Assembly (NCBI GenBank): GCA_963745235.1 | Contig: CAVUXE010000028.1 | Span: 1-64,000, forward strand | Direction: 5' to 3' | Source: an uncultured Spirochaetota bacterium | GTDB taxonomy: Bacteria; Spirochaetota; Spirochaetia; SZUA-6; Fen-1364 | DNA length: 64,000 nucleotides | In this document: positions 27,011-36,774 of the stretch, piece after piece | Layout of the letters: every line of letters begins with the position of its first letter | How positions within the stretch are numbered: the stretch's first letter is position 1 | The notes under the pieces: model-generated | Database searches by the model: none | What the model was told of the DNA's origin: nothing | Seen by the model: only the letters and a program-made list of their open reading frames with translations | Made by a program: the position numbers and the translations under genes

Positions 27011-29440
27011 ATGAAACCAGCCAACAGGACGACTCGAGACCTACGCAGAATCAACAGAGGCCAGGCGCTCCGGACCTTGTACTTCGACGGGCCAGTCAGC
27101 CGGCTTCAGGTCAGCAGGATGACCGAGCTGAGCCCGGCAACGGTCTCGAACGTTGTAGCAGAGCTCCTGTCGGAAGGCATCATCATCGAGTCGGGGTCCG
27201 TGGATTCCGAGGTCGGACGCCCCAGCACGCTGCTTTCTATCAACCGACATTACGGCTGCTTCTTCGGGATCGAGGTGGGGGAGGCCCTGATCCGTATCGA
27301 AGTGTTCGACCTGATACTCTCACCCCTTGATTCACTTTCCATTCCCCTCAGTCTCATTGAGAACCCTCCCGAGCAGGTGGCCAAGGCTATTGCCGGCGGG
27401 ATCAACAAGCTCCTCGCGCAGCTGGGCTTCGGCAGGAAGCAGGTCATCGGCGTCGGCATCGGAATGCCGGGCATAGTCGATTCAGCGTCAGGAGTTTCAG
27501 TGTACGCCGCGCATTGGAACTGGCGTGACGTGCCTTTCCACGGCCTGCTGGAAGACGAGTTGGATTTTCCCTTTTTCCTGGAAAACGGCACGAACGCGAT
27601 GGCTTTTGCGGAGCACCTGTTCGGCTCCGGGGAGAAAGCGGGAAGCATGCTCGTGCTCTCACTCGGCAATGGCGTCGGGGCCGGCATCATAAGCGAGGGG
27701 AAGCTGTTCCGGGGCGTTTCCAACAGCGCCGGCGAATGGGGGCATACCACCGTGGACATCGACGGCCCGGCCTGTCGATGCGGCAGTCGCGGCTGCCTTG
27801 AGGCGTACATCGGATCTGCGGGAGTCATCCGGCGGTTCCTGGGCGATGAGGAGGGCCGGGACGCTCAGGGCCACGAGGACCAGCAGGAGCTCATCCAGTC
27901 CATCCTCGATGCCTCGCGGGAAGGGGATCCGCGCGCCAGGGCGGTGGTCCAAGATACGCTGCAGTATCTGGGGGTCGGGATCGCCAATCTCGTCAATCTC
28001 CTGAATCCGGCGAAGGTGGTCATCGGCGGATGGCTTGGGCTGCTCCTGGGAGAGCAGGCGCTTGCCGAACTGCGGGCGGTGCTCGCCCGGTTCGGGCTCG
28101 CGCAGCCCCGCGCCGCTGCATCCATCGAGCTGAGCAATCTGGGTCTGAAAGCCGAAACGCTCGGGGCCGCGGCCCTCGTCATGAGCCACTTCCTCGAAAA
28201 CGCAGGCCCTGATGCGAAGCTGACACGACACAAGAAGGCCTCGGGTTCCCGCAGGCCCCCCGTGCGGCTGGTCCGGGTCCTTGCCGTATCCGGCCTGGAA
28301 ACCAACGTCCTGCTTCGACACTTGTCCGAATTGCAGAGCCAGACCGGCATCACCCCGTCCATCGAGCAGGTGACCCGGTCCCAATGGGGAGAGAGAAAGA
28401 ACCGCGAGCTGGTGGAAAACTCCGGGTTCTACGACGTGATCATGGTGGCAGGAGGCGATGACCTCCTATGGGTCAAGCTCAAGGGGCACGTTCAACCTCT
28501 GAACGGGTACCTGCAGGATTCTGACCTCCGGCAGCTCATGCACCGGGAGTATTTCGAGAACGACGGCATGCTCTTCGGCATGCCCCAGTACTACAACTTC
28601 CCCATGCTCTATTACAGGAAAGACCTGCTTTCCGACCCCGCAGAGCAGAAGGCGTTCATGCGCAGGCACGGGAGGCCGCTGGCCCCTCCACGCGATTTCG
28701 ATGAGCTGGAGCGGGTGGCGGAGTTCTTCCATCGCCCGCCTGATCTGTACGGCTTCTTCGTCGGCGGGGTGGAATGGTCTGTTTTCCTGGATTACACGTA
28801 TTTCGCTTTCGGGAACCAGACGTACCTCGGGGACCCCGACACCGGGAAGCTGGCTCTTGATACCGCGGCGGCAAAACGCGCGATGGGGGCTCTGTGCAGG
28901 ATGGTCCGCTTCAACCCGCCGGGCTGGCAGACGCTGAGCTTCTTTGACGCAGAGCGGCTGTTCAAGTCCGGGAAGGTCTTCATGTACCAGAACTGGATGT
29001 ATGCGACGAAGATTCTCATGGCCGCCATGCCAGGAAAAGTCGGGATTGCTCCGGTGGTGGGCGACAAACAGCCCGGAGAACACCTGGGCTCATTCCTTGC
29101 GGTCATTCCCCGGGATGCTCCGAATCCTGACGCTGCCGGAAAGTTCATCTCCTGGATGCTCAGTCCCGGCTACCAGAAGGCCCAATCGATGGAAACGGGC
29201 AATCTTCCCGTTCGCAAGGATGTCCTTGAGGACCCGGAAGTCCAGGCAGCCCTTGTCGGTTTTGACCAGTATCAAAAGGCGCTGCCCTACCTTTCCTACC
29301 AGCGAACCACCTGGTTTGGCGAGCTGTCAGCCGGAATCAGCGAGGCAATATGGAAGATTCTGGGCGGTCAAATGACTCCTGATCAAGCCATGGATTGGCT
29401 TCAGAACACGAAATACAAGGATCGGAAGGCTATTGAATAG
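27011..29440 (+). CDS. ROK-family transcriptional regulator fused to a sugar solute-binding protein domain
   Basis: N-terminal HTH (SRLQVS..TELSPATVS..V, GRP) and ROK Zn motif GEWGHT...CRCGSRGCLE. From 28271 there is a collinear paralogue of the downstream SBP. Confidence 0.9.
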   Translation: MKPANRTTRDLRRINRGQALRTLYFDGPVSRLQVSRMTELSPATVSNVVAELLSEGIIIESGSVDSEVGRPSTLLSINRHYGCFFGIEVGEALIRIEVFDLILSPLDSLSIPLSLIENPPEQVAKAIAGGINKLLAQLGFGRKQVIGVGIGMPGIVDSASGVSVYAAHWNWRDVPFHGLLEDELDFPFFLENGTNAMAFAEHLFGSGEKAGSMLVLSLGNGVGAGIISEGKLFRGVSNSAGEWGHTTVDIDGPACRCGSRGCLEAYIGSAGVIRRFLGDEEGRDAQGHEDQQELIQSILDASREGDPRARAVVQDTLQYLGVGIANLVNLLNPAKVVIGGWLGLLLGEQALAELRAVLARFGLAQPRAAASIELSNLGLKAETLGAAALVMSHFLENAGPDAKLTRHKKASGSRRPPVRLVRVLAVSGLETNVLLRHLSELQSQTGITPSIEQVTRSQWGERKNRELVENSGFYDVIMVAGGDDLLWVKLKGHVQPLNGYLQDSDLRQLMHREYFENDGMLFGMPQYYNFPMLYYRKDLLSDPAEQKAFMRRHGRPLAPPRDFDELERVAEFFHRPPDLYGFFVGGVEWSVFLDYTYFAFGNQTYLGDPDTGKLALDTAAAKRAMGALCRMVRFNPPGWQTLSFFDAERLFKSGKVFMYQNWMYATKILMAAMPGKVGIAPVVGDKQPGEHLGSFLAVIPRDAPNPDAAGKFISWMLSPGYQKAQSMETGNLPVRKDVLEDPEVQAALVGFDQYQKALPYLSYQRTTWFGELSAGISEAIWKILGGQMTPDQAMDWLQNTKYKDRKAIE

Positions 29441-29463
29441 TCACTTTCGATAAGAGAAGTTAC

Positions 29464-29494
29464 TTGACCATATTTATTTTATGACATAAAATAA
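29464..29494 (+). promoter_or_regulatory. Promoter overlapped by a palindromic ROK-type operator
   Basis: TTGACC-17-TAAAAT; TTATTTTATGACATAAAATAA at 29474-29494. Confidence 0.75.
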
Positions 29495-29571
29495 GTCATA
29501 TAATGTAGATCAGGTGTCCCGCGCGTTGCACGGGCCAAGCACCCTATCCATTCTGAGGAGGCAATCTCTCC

Positions 29572-30831
29572 ATGCGAAAAACCATTGTAGTGATTCTGGC
29601 TGTCCTCATTGCTGTCGCCGCAGCCGGCAACGCCTTCGGGCAATCCTCTGCGGCCAAAGTTGTCCGCGTGCTCGCTGTCTCGGGACCCGAGACCGACGCT
29701 CTCATCAAGTACGCTGCGGACTTTGAAAAGCAGACGGGGATCACGGCTTCGATCGAGCAGGTCGCGAGACCCCTCTGGGGAGAGCGCAAGGTTCGGGAGC
29801 TCATGGAGGATTCCGGGCTCTATGACGTGGTCATGGTCGGCGGAGGGGATGATCTCCTGTGGGTCAAGCTGAAAGCCCACATCCGGACCCTGGATGACTA
29901 CCTCGACAAGAGCGACGTGGACCAGCTCCTGCTCAGCGACAATTTCAAGAAGGATGGCAGGCTCTTCGGCGTGCCTCAGTACTATAACTTCCCAATGCTG
30001 TATTACCGCAAGGACCTCCTGGAGAACCCGAAAGAGCAGGCAGCGTTCAAGGCGAAATACGGACGCGCTTTGACCCCGCCCCGCACCTTCGATGAGCTGG
30101 AGCAGGTCGCCCAATTCTTCAATCACCCCCCTAAGATGAGCGGGTTCTTCCTGGGCGGAGTGGACTGGTCCGTGTATCTCGACTACACCTACTTCATGTT
30201 CGGGAACAAGGCCAACCTCGGTGACCCTGAGACTGGGGCCCTGACTCTCAACTCACCCGAGGCAAAGAGGTCAATGACCGCGCTGACCCGGATGGTGCGG
30301 TTCAACCCGAAGGGATGGGAGACGGAGAACTTTTTCGACGGAGACCAGCTGTTCCTCCAGGGCAAAGTTTTCATGTACCAGAATTGGTTCTACATCACCA
30401 AAACGCTGATGGAAAAAATGCCCGGAAAGGTGGGAATGGTGCCGACAGTTGGCGACAAACAGCCCGGCGAGCACCTCGGGGCCTTCGTGGCTGTGATTCC
30501 GACGGCCGCTGCCAATCCCGATAACGCTGGCAAGTTCATTTCCTGGATGCTCAGCGCTCAATACCAGAAGGAGCAGGCTATTGACACGGGGGACTTGCCG
30601 GTCAGGCAGGATGTGATGAAGGATCCCGACGTGCAGAAGGCCATCCCGTACCTCCCGGAGTACCAGAAGGCGCTGCCGTACCTGACCTATCAGTATTCGA
30701 CGTGGCCCAACGAGCTTTCCAGCGGCATCAGCGAAGCGATCTGGAAAGTATTCAAGAAGCAAATGACCGCGGACCAGGCCTGCGACTGGCTGGAAAACGA
30801 AAAGTTCAAAGACCGCAGGGCGATCGAGTAG
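29572..30831 (+). CDS. Sugar ABC transporter solute-binding protein (CUT1)
   Basis: Signal peptide; YDVVM, PMLYYRKDLL, PPRTFDEL. Confidence 0.9.
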   Translation: MRKTIVVILAVLIAVAAAGNAFGQSSAAKVVRVLAVSGPETDALIKYAADFEKQTGITASIEQVARPLWGERKVRELMEDSGLYDVVMVGGGDDLLWVKLKAHIRTLDDYLDKSDVDQLLLSDNFKKDGRLFGVPQYYNFPMLYYRKDLLENPKEQAAFKAKYGRALTPPRTFDELEQVAQFFNHPPKMSGFFLGGVDWSVYLDYTYFMFGNKANLGDPETGALTLNSPEAKRSMTALTRMVRFNPKGWETENFFDGDQLFLQGKVFMYQNWFYITKTLMEKMPGKVGMVPTVGDKQPGEHLGAFVAVIPTAAANPDNAGKFISWMLSAQYQKEQAIDTGDLPVRQDVMKDPDVQKAIPYLPEYQKALPYLTYQYSTWPNELSSGISEAIWKVFKKQMTADQACDWLENEKFKDRRAIE

Positions 30832-30849
30832 CACCGCTCCCGAGCGGAA

Positions 30850-30890
30850 ATGAGGGGGGCCCGCCGGCTTTGCCAGGCGGTCCCCCTCAT
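30850..30890 (+). terminator. Intergenic stem-loop after the SBP gene
   Basis: ATGAGGGGG..CCGCC / GGCGG.TCCCCCTCAT. Confidence 0.55.
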
Positions 30891-30911
30891 GGACGTCCGG
30901 CCTCGTAAGGA

Positions 30912-31829
30912 GTGAGCCCAATGGGCATTGCGCGTGGGATGACAGGCAGGCACCGAGGCGTCGTCAGGAGGCGGGCAGGGATCGTCCTGACCTTGCCGTC
31001 TCTTCTGTTCGTCTTCGCTTTCCTTGTCTATCCGATAGCGGACCTGGTAAGGGTGAGCTTTTACGACTATTCCCCGCTTCGCTCCTCGGCGTCGCCGTTC
31101 GTGGGATTGAGGAACTACAAATGGATGCTTGCGTCCGACACGGTCTGGCACTCCCTTTCCGTGACCATCCTGTTCACGATGTTGAGCGTGCTCCTCGAGG
31201 TGGTAGCCGGCCTCGCGATTGCGCTCCTGCTTGCAAAGCTGATTCTTGACACGAAGAACGCCTGGGCCAGGTTTCTGAGCAGGACAGCCAACGGAATCTT
31301 CATCCTTCCCTTCGCGGCCCCCGGGATCGTTGCGGCAATAGCGTGGAAGATGCTCCTGCATCCCCAGTTCAGCCCGATAAACGCGATCCTGGGTGTCCAG
31401 GTTGCATGGTTCACGGACTTTCCCCTGCTCAGCATTGTTGTTGCTGACGCCTGGAAGACGATGCCTTTGATCCTCTTCCTCACGCTGTCGGCGCTTCTTT
31501 CCATCGACAATTCGCAGTTCGAAGCAGCGCGCATGGATGGGGCCCGGCCGTGGCATGAGCTAGCCTACCTGACCCTCCCCGCAATCCTCCCCGTGCTGGC
31601 AGTAACGTGCGCCTTCCGCGCCGTGGACGCGTTCACGAAGGTCTTCGACATTGTGTTCGGCACCACGGGGGGCGGACCGGGAAACGACACGCAGGTATTC
31701 CCTCTGCTCATCTGGCAGACGGGCTTTACCAATCTCCACTTCGGACAGGCCGCCAGCCTCGCAGTGCTCGCCATCGCCATCTCCGCGCTGCTCGGCTGGG
31801 TCCTGGTATTATCCCGGAGGGCTGGATGA
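30912..31829 (+). CDS. Sugar ABC permease (MalF-like)
   Basis: FVGLRNY, EAARMDGA loop, TM helices. Confidence 0.9.
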   Translation: MSPMGIARGMTGRHRGVVRRRAGIVLTLPSLLFVFAFLVYPIADLVRVSFYDYSPLRSSASPFVGLRNYKWMLASDTVWHSLSVTILFTMLSVLLEVVAGLAIALLLAKLILDTKNAWARFLSRTANGIFILPFAAPGIVAAIAWKMLLHPQFSPINAILGVQVAWFTDFPLLSIVVADAWKTMPLILFLTLSALLSIDNSQFEAARMDGARPWHELAYLTLPAILPVLAVTCAFRAVDAFTKVFDIVFGTTGGGPGNDTQVFPLLIWQTGFTNLHFGQAASLAVLAIAISALLGWVLVLSRRAG

Positions 31830-32647
31830 TTAGCAAACGATCCTCCGCGGCTGTCCGATCATTCGTCCTCCTGCTCCTGATGCTGGCCGCCCTCCTTCCC
31901 ATGCTCTGGATGCTGATCAGCTCCTTCAAAACAGAGGGGGAGATCTACCTGGATCCGCCGACCTGGATCCCGCATCTGCCCACACTTGCGAACTACGGCG
32001 CGCTCTTCCAGCAGTTCGGGTTTGCCCGGCTGACGTTCAACAGCCTCGTGATCACGTGCGCCGTGGTGGCCCTCAGCATCGTGTTCGGCACCATGGCGGC
32101 CTACGGGTTTTCCCGCTACGGTTTCAGGGGAAGCGGGGTCCTTCTCGGGGCTTTGCTCCTGACACGGATGATCACCCCGGCATCCCTCGTGCTGCCCCTG
32201 TACTCCCTCATGCGGGCTCTCGGGCTGCTGAACTCCCTGACCAGCATCGCCGTCGGCATTGCGGTCCTCAACCTCCCCTTTGTTGTCTGGATGATGAAGC
32301 CGTTTTTCGACCAACTTCCCCACGAGATCGAGGAAGCCGCGGAACTGGACGGCCTCACCCCTGTCGGGGTGTTCTGGCGCGCTGCGCTGCCTATGGCCGC
32401 TCCCGGCCTGTACAGCATCTTTCTCTTCAGCTTCGTGGCGGGCTGGGTGGATCTGTTGTTCGGAATCACGTTTGCCACCACGCCGCGAGCCATGCCCCTG
32501 ACTGCAGGCCTCATGCAGATGCAGACGGGGTACAAGATCTACTGGGGCCCCCTCATGGCCGGAGGCATTTACCTGTCTCTGCCGACCATGATCCTGGCCT
32601 TCTTCTTTCAGAAGAGCCTGGTGAACGGGCTCAGAGTCACCACCTGA
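31826..32647 (+). CDS. Sugar ABC permease (MalG-like)
   Basis: ISSFK, AAYGFSR, EEAAELDG; ATGA overlap with the upstream gene. Confidence 0.9.
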   Translation: MISKRSSAAVRSFVLLLLMLAALLPMLWMLISSFKTEGEIYLDPPTWIPHLPTLANYGALFQQFGFARLTFNSLVITCAVVALSIVFGTMAAYGFSRYGFRGSGVLLGALLLTRMITPASLVLPLYSLMRALGLLNSLTSIAVGIAVLNLPFVVWMMKPFFDQLPHEIEEAAELDGLTPVGVFWRAALPMAAPGLYSIFLFSFVAGWVDLLFGITFATTPRAMPLTAGLMQMQTGYKIYWGPLMAGGIYLSLPTMILAFFFQKSLVNGLRVTT

Positions 32648-32668
32648 GGCCCGGCACAAAGGATACGC

Positions 32669-34687
32669 ATGAGCACGCACCCTGAGCTGATACGAAACGG
32701 AGTCCTCACTGTCAACGGCGCCCGGGTTCCCGTCCTGAGCGGAGAGATCCACTTCTTCCGCATGTCCCCGGAGACCTGGGATACCGCGCTGGCGAACCTC
32801 AAGGCCATCGGTCTCCCCATGGTGTCTACGTACCTGAGCTGGAGGCGATTCTCCCTGGGCCCGGATCGATACGACCTGGAGGGCAGAACCGACCCGAGGT
32901 TGAACGTGAAGGGGTTCCTTGAGCTGTGCCGGAAGCACGGGCTGTGGGTCACCATGAAGCCCGGGCCGTGGATCTGCGCTGAAGAGGCCAACGGAGGATA
33001 CCCGGACTGGCTCGTAGAGCGGGAGGAGCTTCAGGTACTGAACGCGGCCGGCGAGCCCGTGCAGGGCTACACCCCCGCTTTTCGGTCACCCATCCCAAGC
33101 TATCTCCACCCCGCATACCTTGAAGCTGTCCGTGTCTGGCTTCGGGAGGTGGACGCGGTGATTGCCGACTACGTGCATCCCCGCGGGCCGATCATCCTGG
33201 TCCAGCTGGACAATGAGCCCTCCATGACTTTCCACGACCGGCTGCTGGAATCCGACTACAATCGCGTCAACGTCGGAAAAGATGGCCTCTACAGCCAGTG
33301 GCTGGAAGGCAAGTATGGAACGATCTCGAAGCTGAACAGGACGTACAGAAGCTCATGGCCATCCTTCTCCTGCGTTGAGGCGCCACGCTCCATCGGACCC
33401 GAGATCCTGGAAACCTCTGCGCCCTGGGCAGATTGGGTGGAGTTCAAGGAGCTCATGATGGTCCGGCATGTTGCGAAGCTCGCGGAGCTGCATCGGGAGA
33501 ACGGCCTTGCGCAGGTCGTTTTCACAATCAACTACAACGAGCACCCGCAGCTCGGCGTTCCCAACGACTGGCGCAGCCTGGAGCTGGCCAGCGGGATGGG
33601 CGGCTTTGACTTCTACCCCCGGATGCCTCTCGGCGCGTCAGGCCTTGCAGACGTCGCGCTGTTCGTGGGCTACAGCCGGGCCTGCAATGTCATTCCCTGG
33701 TCTCCGGAGATCATGAGCGGAAAGTGGAGCTTCGAGGGTCAGGAACATGAGCCCGGTGAGCTTCGAAGCGCAGACTTCGAGCTTCTCTATCTGAGCTGCA
33801 TAGCCTTCGGGCTCAAGGGGATGAACTTCTACATGTTCGCAGACCGGGACAACTGGATCGATTCCCCCCTTGACGCGGCCGGATGTCCCCGGCCGAACCT
33901 TGAGGCGGTCAGGAACGTCGTTCGGCTTGTCAGCGAAGAGCCTGAGCTCGAGTCTTTCGATCGGAACCAGCCGGTCGCGGTTCTGTACTACCGGCCGCAT
34001 GCCCGCGAGGCATTCATCGCGGACGCTTCCCCTGCGCCCCTGACCATCGGCGGCTTTTGTCTCGGGTCCTCCTACTCCTGTTTCAAGTCGATTTTCAGCG
34101 AGCTGCATCGGCTGAACCTGGATCCTGCCGTGGTCGATCCATGGGTCGGACTCGGGACGCTCACGGCGACGCGTCCGGAAATGCTTCCTGCGCACCGGCT
34201 CCTTTTCGTTCCGGGCGGGTCTTCCATGGACGAGGCGACTCTTCGCCTGCTGGACGATTTCGTGGCTGGCGGGGGGAGTGTCGTGTGGGTTGGACGGCGG
34301 CCGGAGCGGGATCTGGGCGGCGGGCACTTCACGGGAAGCCACTGTTGCCTCACGGAAGAACGCACGCGCGGCGTCTTGGCGAGCCCGACCGGCGAACCGG
34401 ACAGCAAGACGCTTCTTCGCATCCTGGATGAAGAGCGCATCGGCCCGGAGGTTCCTGCCAGCGTTCCGGGAATCCTTACGACGCTTCACAGGTCCCGGTC
34501 ACGTGAATGGCTGTTCGTGGTGAACATCGGGGAGACGCGCCAGAATGTCGAGCTCAGGTTCCCCGACCCGCACCTGAAGGGGATGATTTCGCTCCCGGGC
34601 GGCAACCTGAGAGTACGCGTGAAAAACTCAAGCGCGCGGCTGACCTGCGAGCCGCAGTCCGTTCAGGTCTGGAGGCTCGATCCCTGA
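32669..34687 (+). CDS. Beta-galactosidase-like glycoside hydrolase (GH35/GH42 clan A)
   Basis: SGEIHFFR, KPGPWICAE..NGG.PDWL, IILVQLDNE. Confidence 0.85.
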   Translation: MSTHPELIRNGVLTVNGARVPVLSGEIHFFRMSPETWDTALANLKAIGLPMVSTYLSWRRFSLGPDRYDLEGRTDPRLNVKGFLELCRKHGLWVTMKPGPWICAEEANGGYPDWLVEREELQVLNAAGEPVQGYTPAFRSPIPSYLHPAYLEAVRVWLREVDAVIADYVHPRGPIILVQLDNEPSMTFHDRLLESDYNRVNVGKDGLYSQWLEGKYGTISKLNRTYRSSWPSFSCVEAPRSIGPEILETSAPWADWVEFKELMMVRHVAKLAELHRENGLAQVVFTINYNEHPQLGVPNDWRSLELASGMGGFDFYPRMPLGASGLADVALFVGYSRACNVIPWSPEIMSGKWSFEGQEHEPGELRSADFELLYLSCIAFGLKGMNFYMFADRDNWIDSPLDAAGCPRPNLEAVRNVVRLVSEEPELESFDRNQPVAVLYYRPHAREAFIADASPAPLTIGGFCLGSSYSCFKSIFSELHRLNLDPAVVDPWVGLGTLTATRPEMLPAHRLLFVPGGSSMDEATLRLLDDFVAGGGSVVWVGRRPERDLGGGHFTGSHCCLTEERTRGVLASPTGEPDSKTLLRILDEERIGPEVPASVPGILTTLHRSRSREWLFVVNIGETRQNVELRFPDPHLKGMISLPGGNLRVRVKNSSARLTCEPQSVQVWRLDP

Positions 34688-34707
34688 GGGTCGTGCGCCA
34701 GAAGAGG

Positions 34708-35694
34708 CTACTTCCCCGATTCTCCCAGCATCTTCCGCATCAAGGAGGCTATGCGGATGGCGTCCGAGCTCTGGAAGCACCCGCGCAGCTCGTTCCGGTC
34801 CACGCGGTCCAGCATCTCATAGCACATGCGGATGTTGGCGATGCTCTGCGCCACGGCGTCTTCCGGCATCTCGCGGAACGGAAACAGGTCCAGGCCGAAC
34901 CAGCCGTCGTAGCCCAGCTCGTCCAGCCAGAACAACAGCTCCACCGTTTCCCAGAGGTTCACCATGCCCACCATGGCGTCATCGTCATACATCTTCGAGT
35001 TGTCGTTCCAGTGCGTGTGGAAGAGCTTCTTGTAGCGCATGGCGAAGGCAAAGGTCTCCGCGAGGTTCTCATTCATGATCAGCGCGTGTCCCGTCTCGAT
35101 GTTGATGCCGAGGTTGGGACGATTGATCTCGTTGAGGAGCGTCACCGTCTGCCCCACATTGGGAAGCAGGATATGCGCACGGGGATCATAGGCCTTGTAC
35201 TCCACGACAATACGCTGCCGAGGGTTGTGGTCCGCCCACTCCGCAAGACCTTCCGCCAGGGTGTCCCACCGGCGCGGGAAATCCACCTGGAAAGGGTAGT
35301 CGTACCCGTCCTGGGCAGGCCAGTAGCACATCTGGCTCACGTCCAGCTCACCGCAGATGTCACTCACCTTCTTGGCGAAGTCGATTGCGCGACGTCGCAG
35401 CGCCTTGTCAGGATTGCTGAACTGGCCGAACTTGTACACCGGGTCGATCCACAGATGCGGCGTGATCATGACGAAGCGCAGGTTGAGGTCCGCCGCCCGC
35501 TTCTTCATGTGCTTGAAGTTCGCGTCGTTGAGCTCGGTGGGGTAATGCATCTCAAGGCCGCCCACGGCGGGGATCTTCCCGGCTGCTTCCAGGCGCTCCT
35601 CCACGGTCCTGTCGGGCCTGTACCCTGCCTTCACGAACCGGTCCCCCGTGGCTCCCATGTACCACAGACCGACTGATATCTTGAGCTCACGCAT
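34708..35694 (-). CDS. Xylose isomerase-like TIM-barrel sugar isomerase
   Basis: WPAQDGYDYPFQ, EYKAYDPR, GH, HWND, DDD metal ligands. Confidence 0.85.
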   Translation of the reverse strand: MRELKISVGLWYMGATGDRFVKAGYRPDRTVEERLEAAGKIPAVGGLEMHYPTELNDANFKHMKKRAADLNLRFVMITPHLWIDPVYKFGQFSNPDKALRRRAIDFAKKVSDICGELDVSQMCYWPAQDGYDYPFQVDFPRRWDTLAEGLAEWADHNPRQRIVVEYKAYDPRAHILLPNVGQTVTLLNEINRPNLGINIETGHALIMNENLAETFAFAMRYKKLFHTHWNDNSKMYDDDAMVGMVNLWETVELLFWLDELGYDGWFGLDLFPFREMPEDAVAQSIANIRMCYEMLDRVDRNELRGCFQSSDAIRIASLMRKMLGESGK

Positions 35695-35739
35695 GTCATG
35701 CCTCCTCTTCACCGGTGAGGTCCGCGCGCGAAGGCCTGA

Positions 35740-36702
35740 TCAGGCCCAGTACATCTCGCCGGGCTTCTCACCCATCAACGCTTCTTGCAGAAGGGCAACG
35801 CCCTTTGCCAGGCCTTCGTCCCGGGACATCATGGCGTCCTCATGCTCGATGGAAACGACGTAGTCGTAGCCCACCATGCGCAGCGCGCTCATGATGTCCT
35901 TCCACGTCTTTGCATCGTGCCCATAGCCGATGCTGCGGAATGTCCACGCCCGTTCGAGAATCCGATCGTACGGCTTGTTGTCGTTGCAGCCGTTCACGGA
36001 CACGTTGATCCGGTCCACCGCGCAGTCCTTTCCGTGGACGTGAAAGATGCTCGGTCCCAGCTTCCTGATGGCCGCGGGCAGATCGACCCCGTTCCAGAAC
36101 AGGTGGCTGGGATCCAGGTTGCACCCGATCACAGGCCCCACGGCTTCCCGGAGCTTCAGCATGGTTTCCACGTTGTAGACGAGGAAGCCGGGGTGCATCT
36201 CTACGGCAATCTTCACCCCGTTGTCCCGCGCAAACTCCCCCGCCTGCTTCCAGTATGGGATGGCGACCTGGTTCCACTGGTAGTCCAGCATGGTGAGATT
36301 GTGCGGCGGCCAGGGACAGGTGACCCAACTCGGGGACTTGTCACCGGGACAGCCCGCGGGCAGGCCGGACGTCACATTGACCACGGGTACTCTCAGCAGC
36401 GCGGCGAGCTTCACCGTCTTTCGAAAGATCTCATCCGATTCTCTTGCAAGCTTCACCTCCGGCGACAGCGGCTCGTAATGGCAGCTGAAAGCGCTGATCA
36501 TGAGGCCGCGCGCGGCCACCGAGGCCAGGTACGCGTCACGCTTCCCCTGGCTCGCCAGAAGCTCCTCCACGGGGCAGTGATGGCTGCCGGGGTACCCGCC
36601 CGTTCCTATTTCCACCGCGGAGATCCCTGCGGCCTTGATGGTGTCCAGGGCCTCTTCGAACGGGAGGTCCTGGAAGAGAACCGTGAATACGCCGATGCGC
36701 AT
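35740..36702 (-). CDS. Sugar phosphate isomerase/epimerase (AP_endonuc_2, IolE-like)
   Basis: EIGTGGYPG, EMHPG, DPSH, HVHGKD, SIEHED. Confidence 0.9.
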   Translation of the reverse strand: MRIGVFTVLFQDLPFEEALDTIKAAGISAVEIGTGGYPGSHHCPVEELLASQGKRDAYLASVAARGLMISAFSCHYEPLSPEVKLARESDEIFRKTVKLAALLRVPVVNVTSGLPAGCPGDKSPSWVTCPWPPHNLTMLDYQWNQVAIPYWKQAGEFARDNGVKIAVEMHPGFLVYNVETMLKLREAVGPVIGCNLDPSHLFWNGVDLPAAIRKLGPSIFHVHGKDCAVDRINVSVNGCNDNKPYDRILERAWTFRSIGYGHDAKTWKDIMSALRMVGYDYVVSIEHEDAMMSRDEGLAKGVALLQEALMGEKPGEMYWA

Positions 36703-36774
36703 GCCGCCCTCCTTCGCGGTTGGGGGGCTCCGTGAACCGGCTTCCGCGGCACGGCGCGCGGGCCTCCCCGACCG

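Noticed and set aside
28271-30831. SBP duplication as an assembly artefact
   Set aside because: The two copies differ at many amino-acid and synonymous positions along their whole length.
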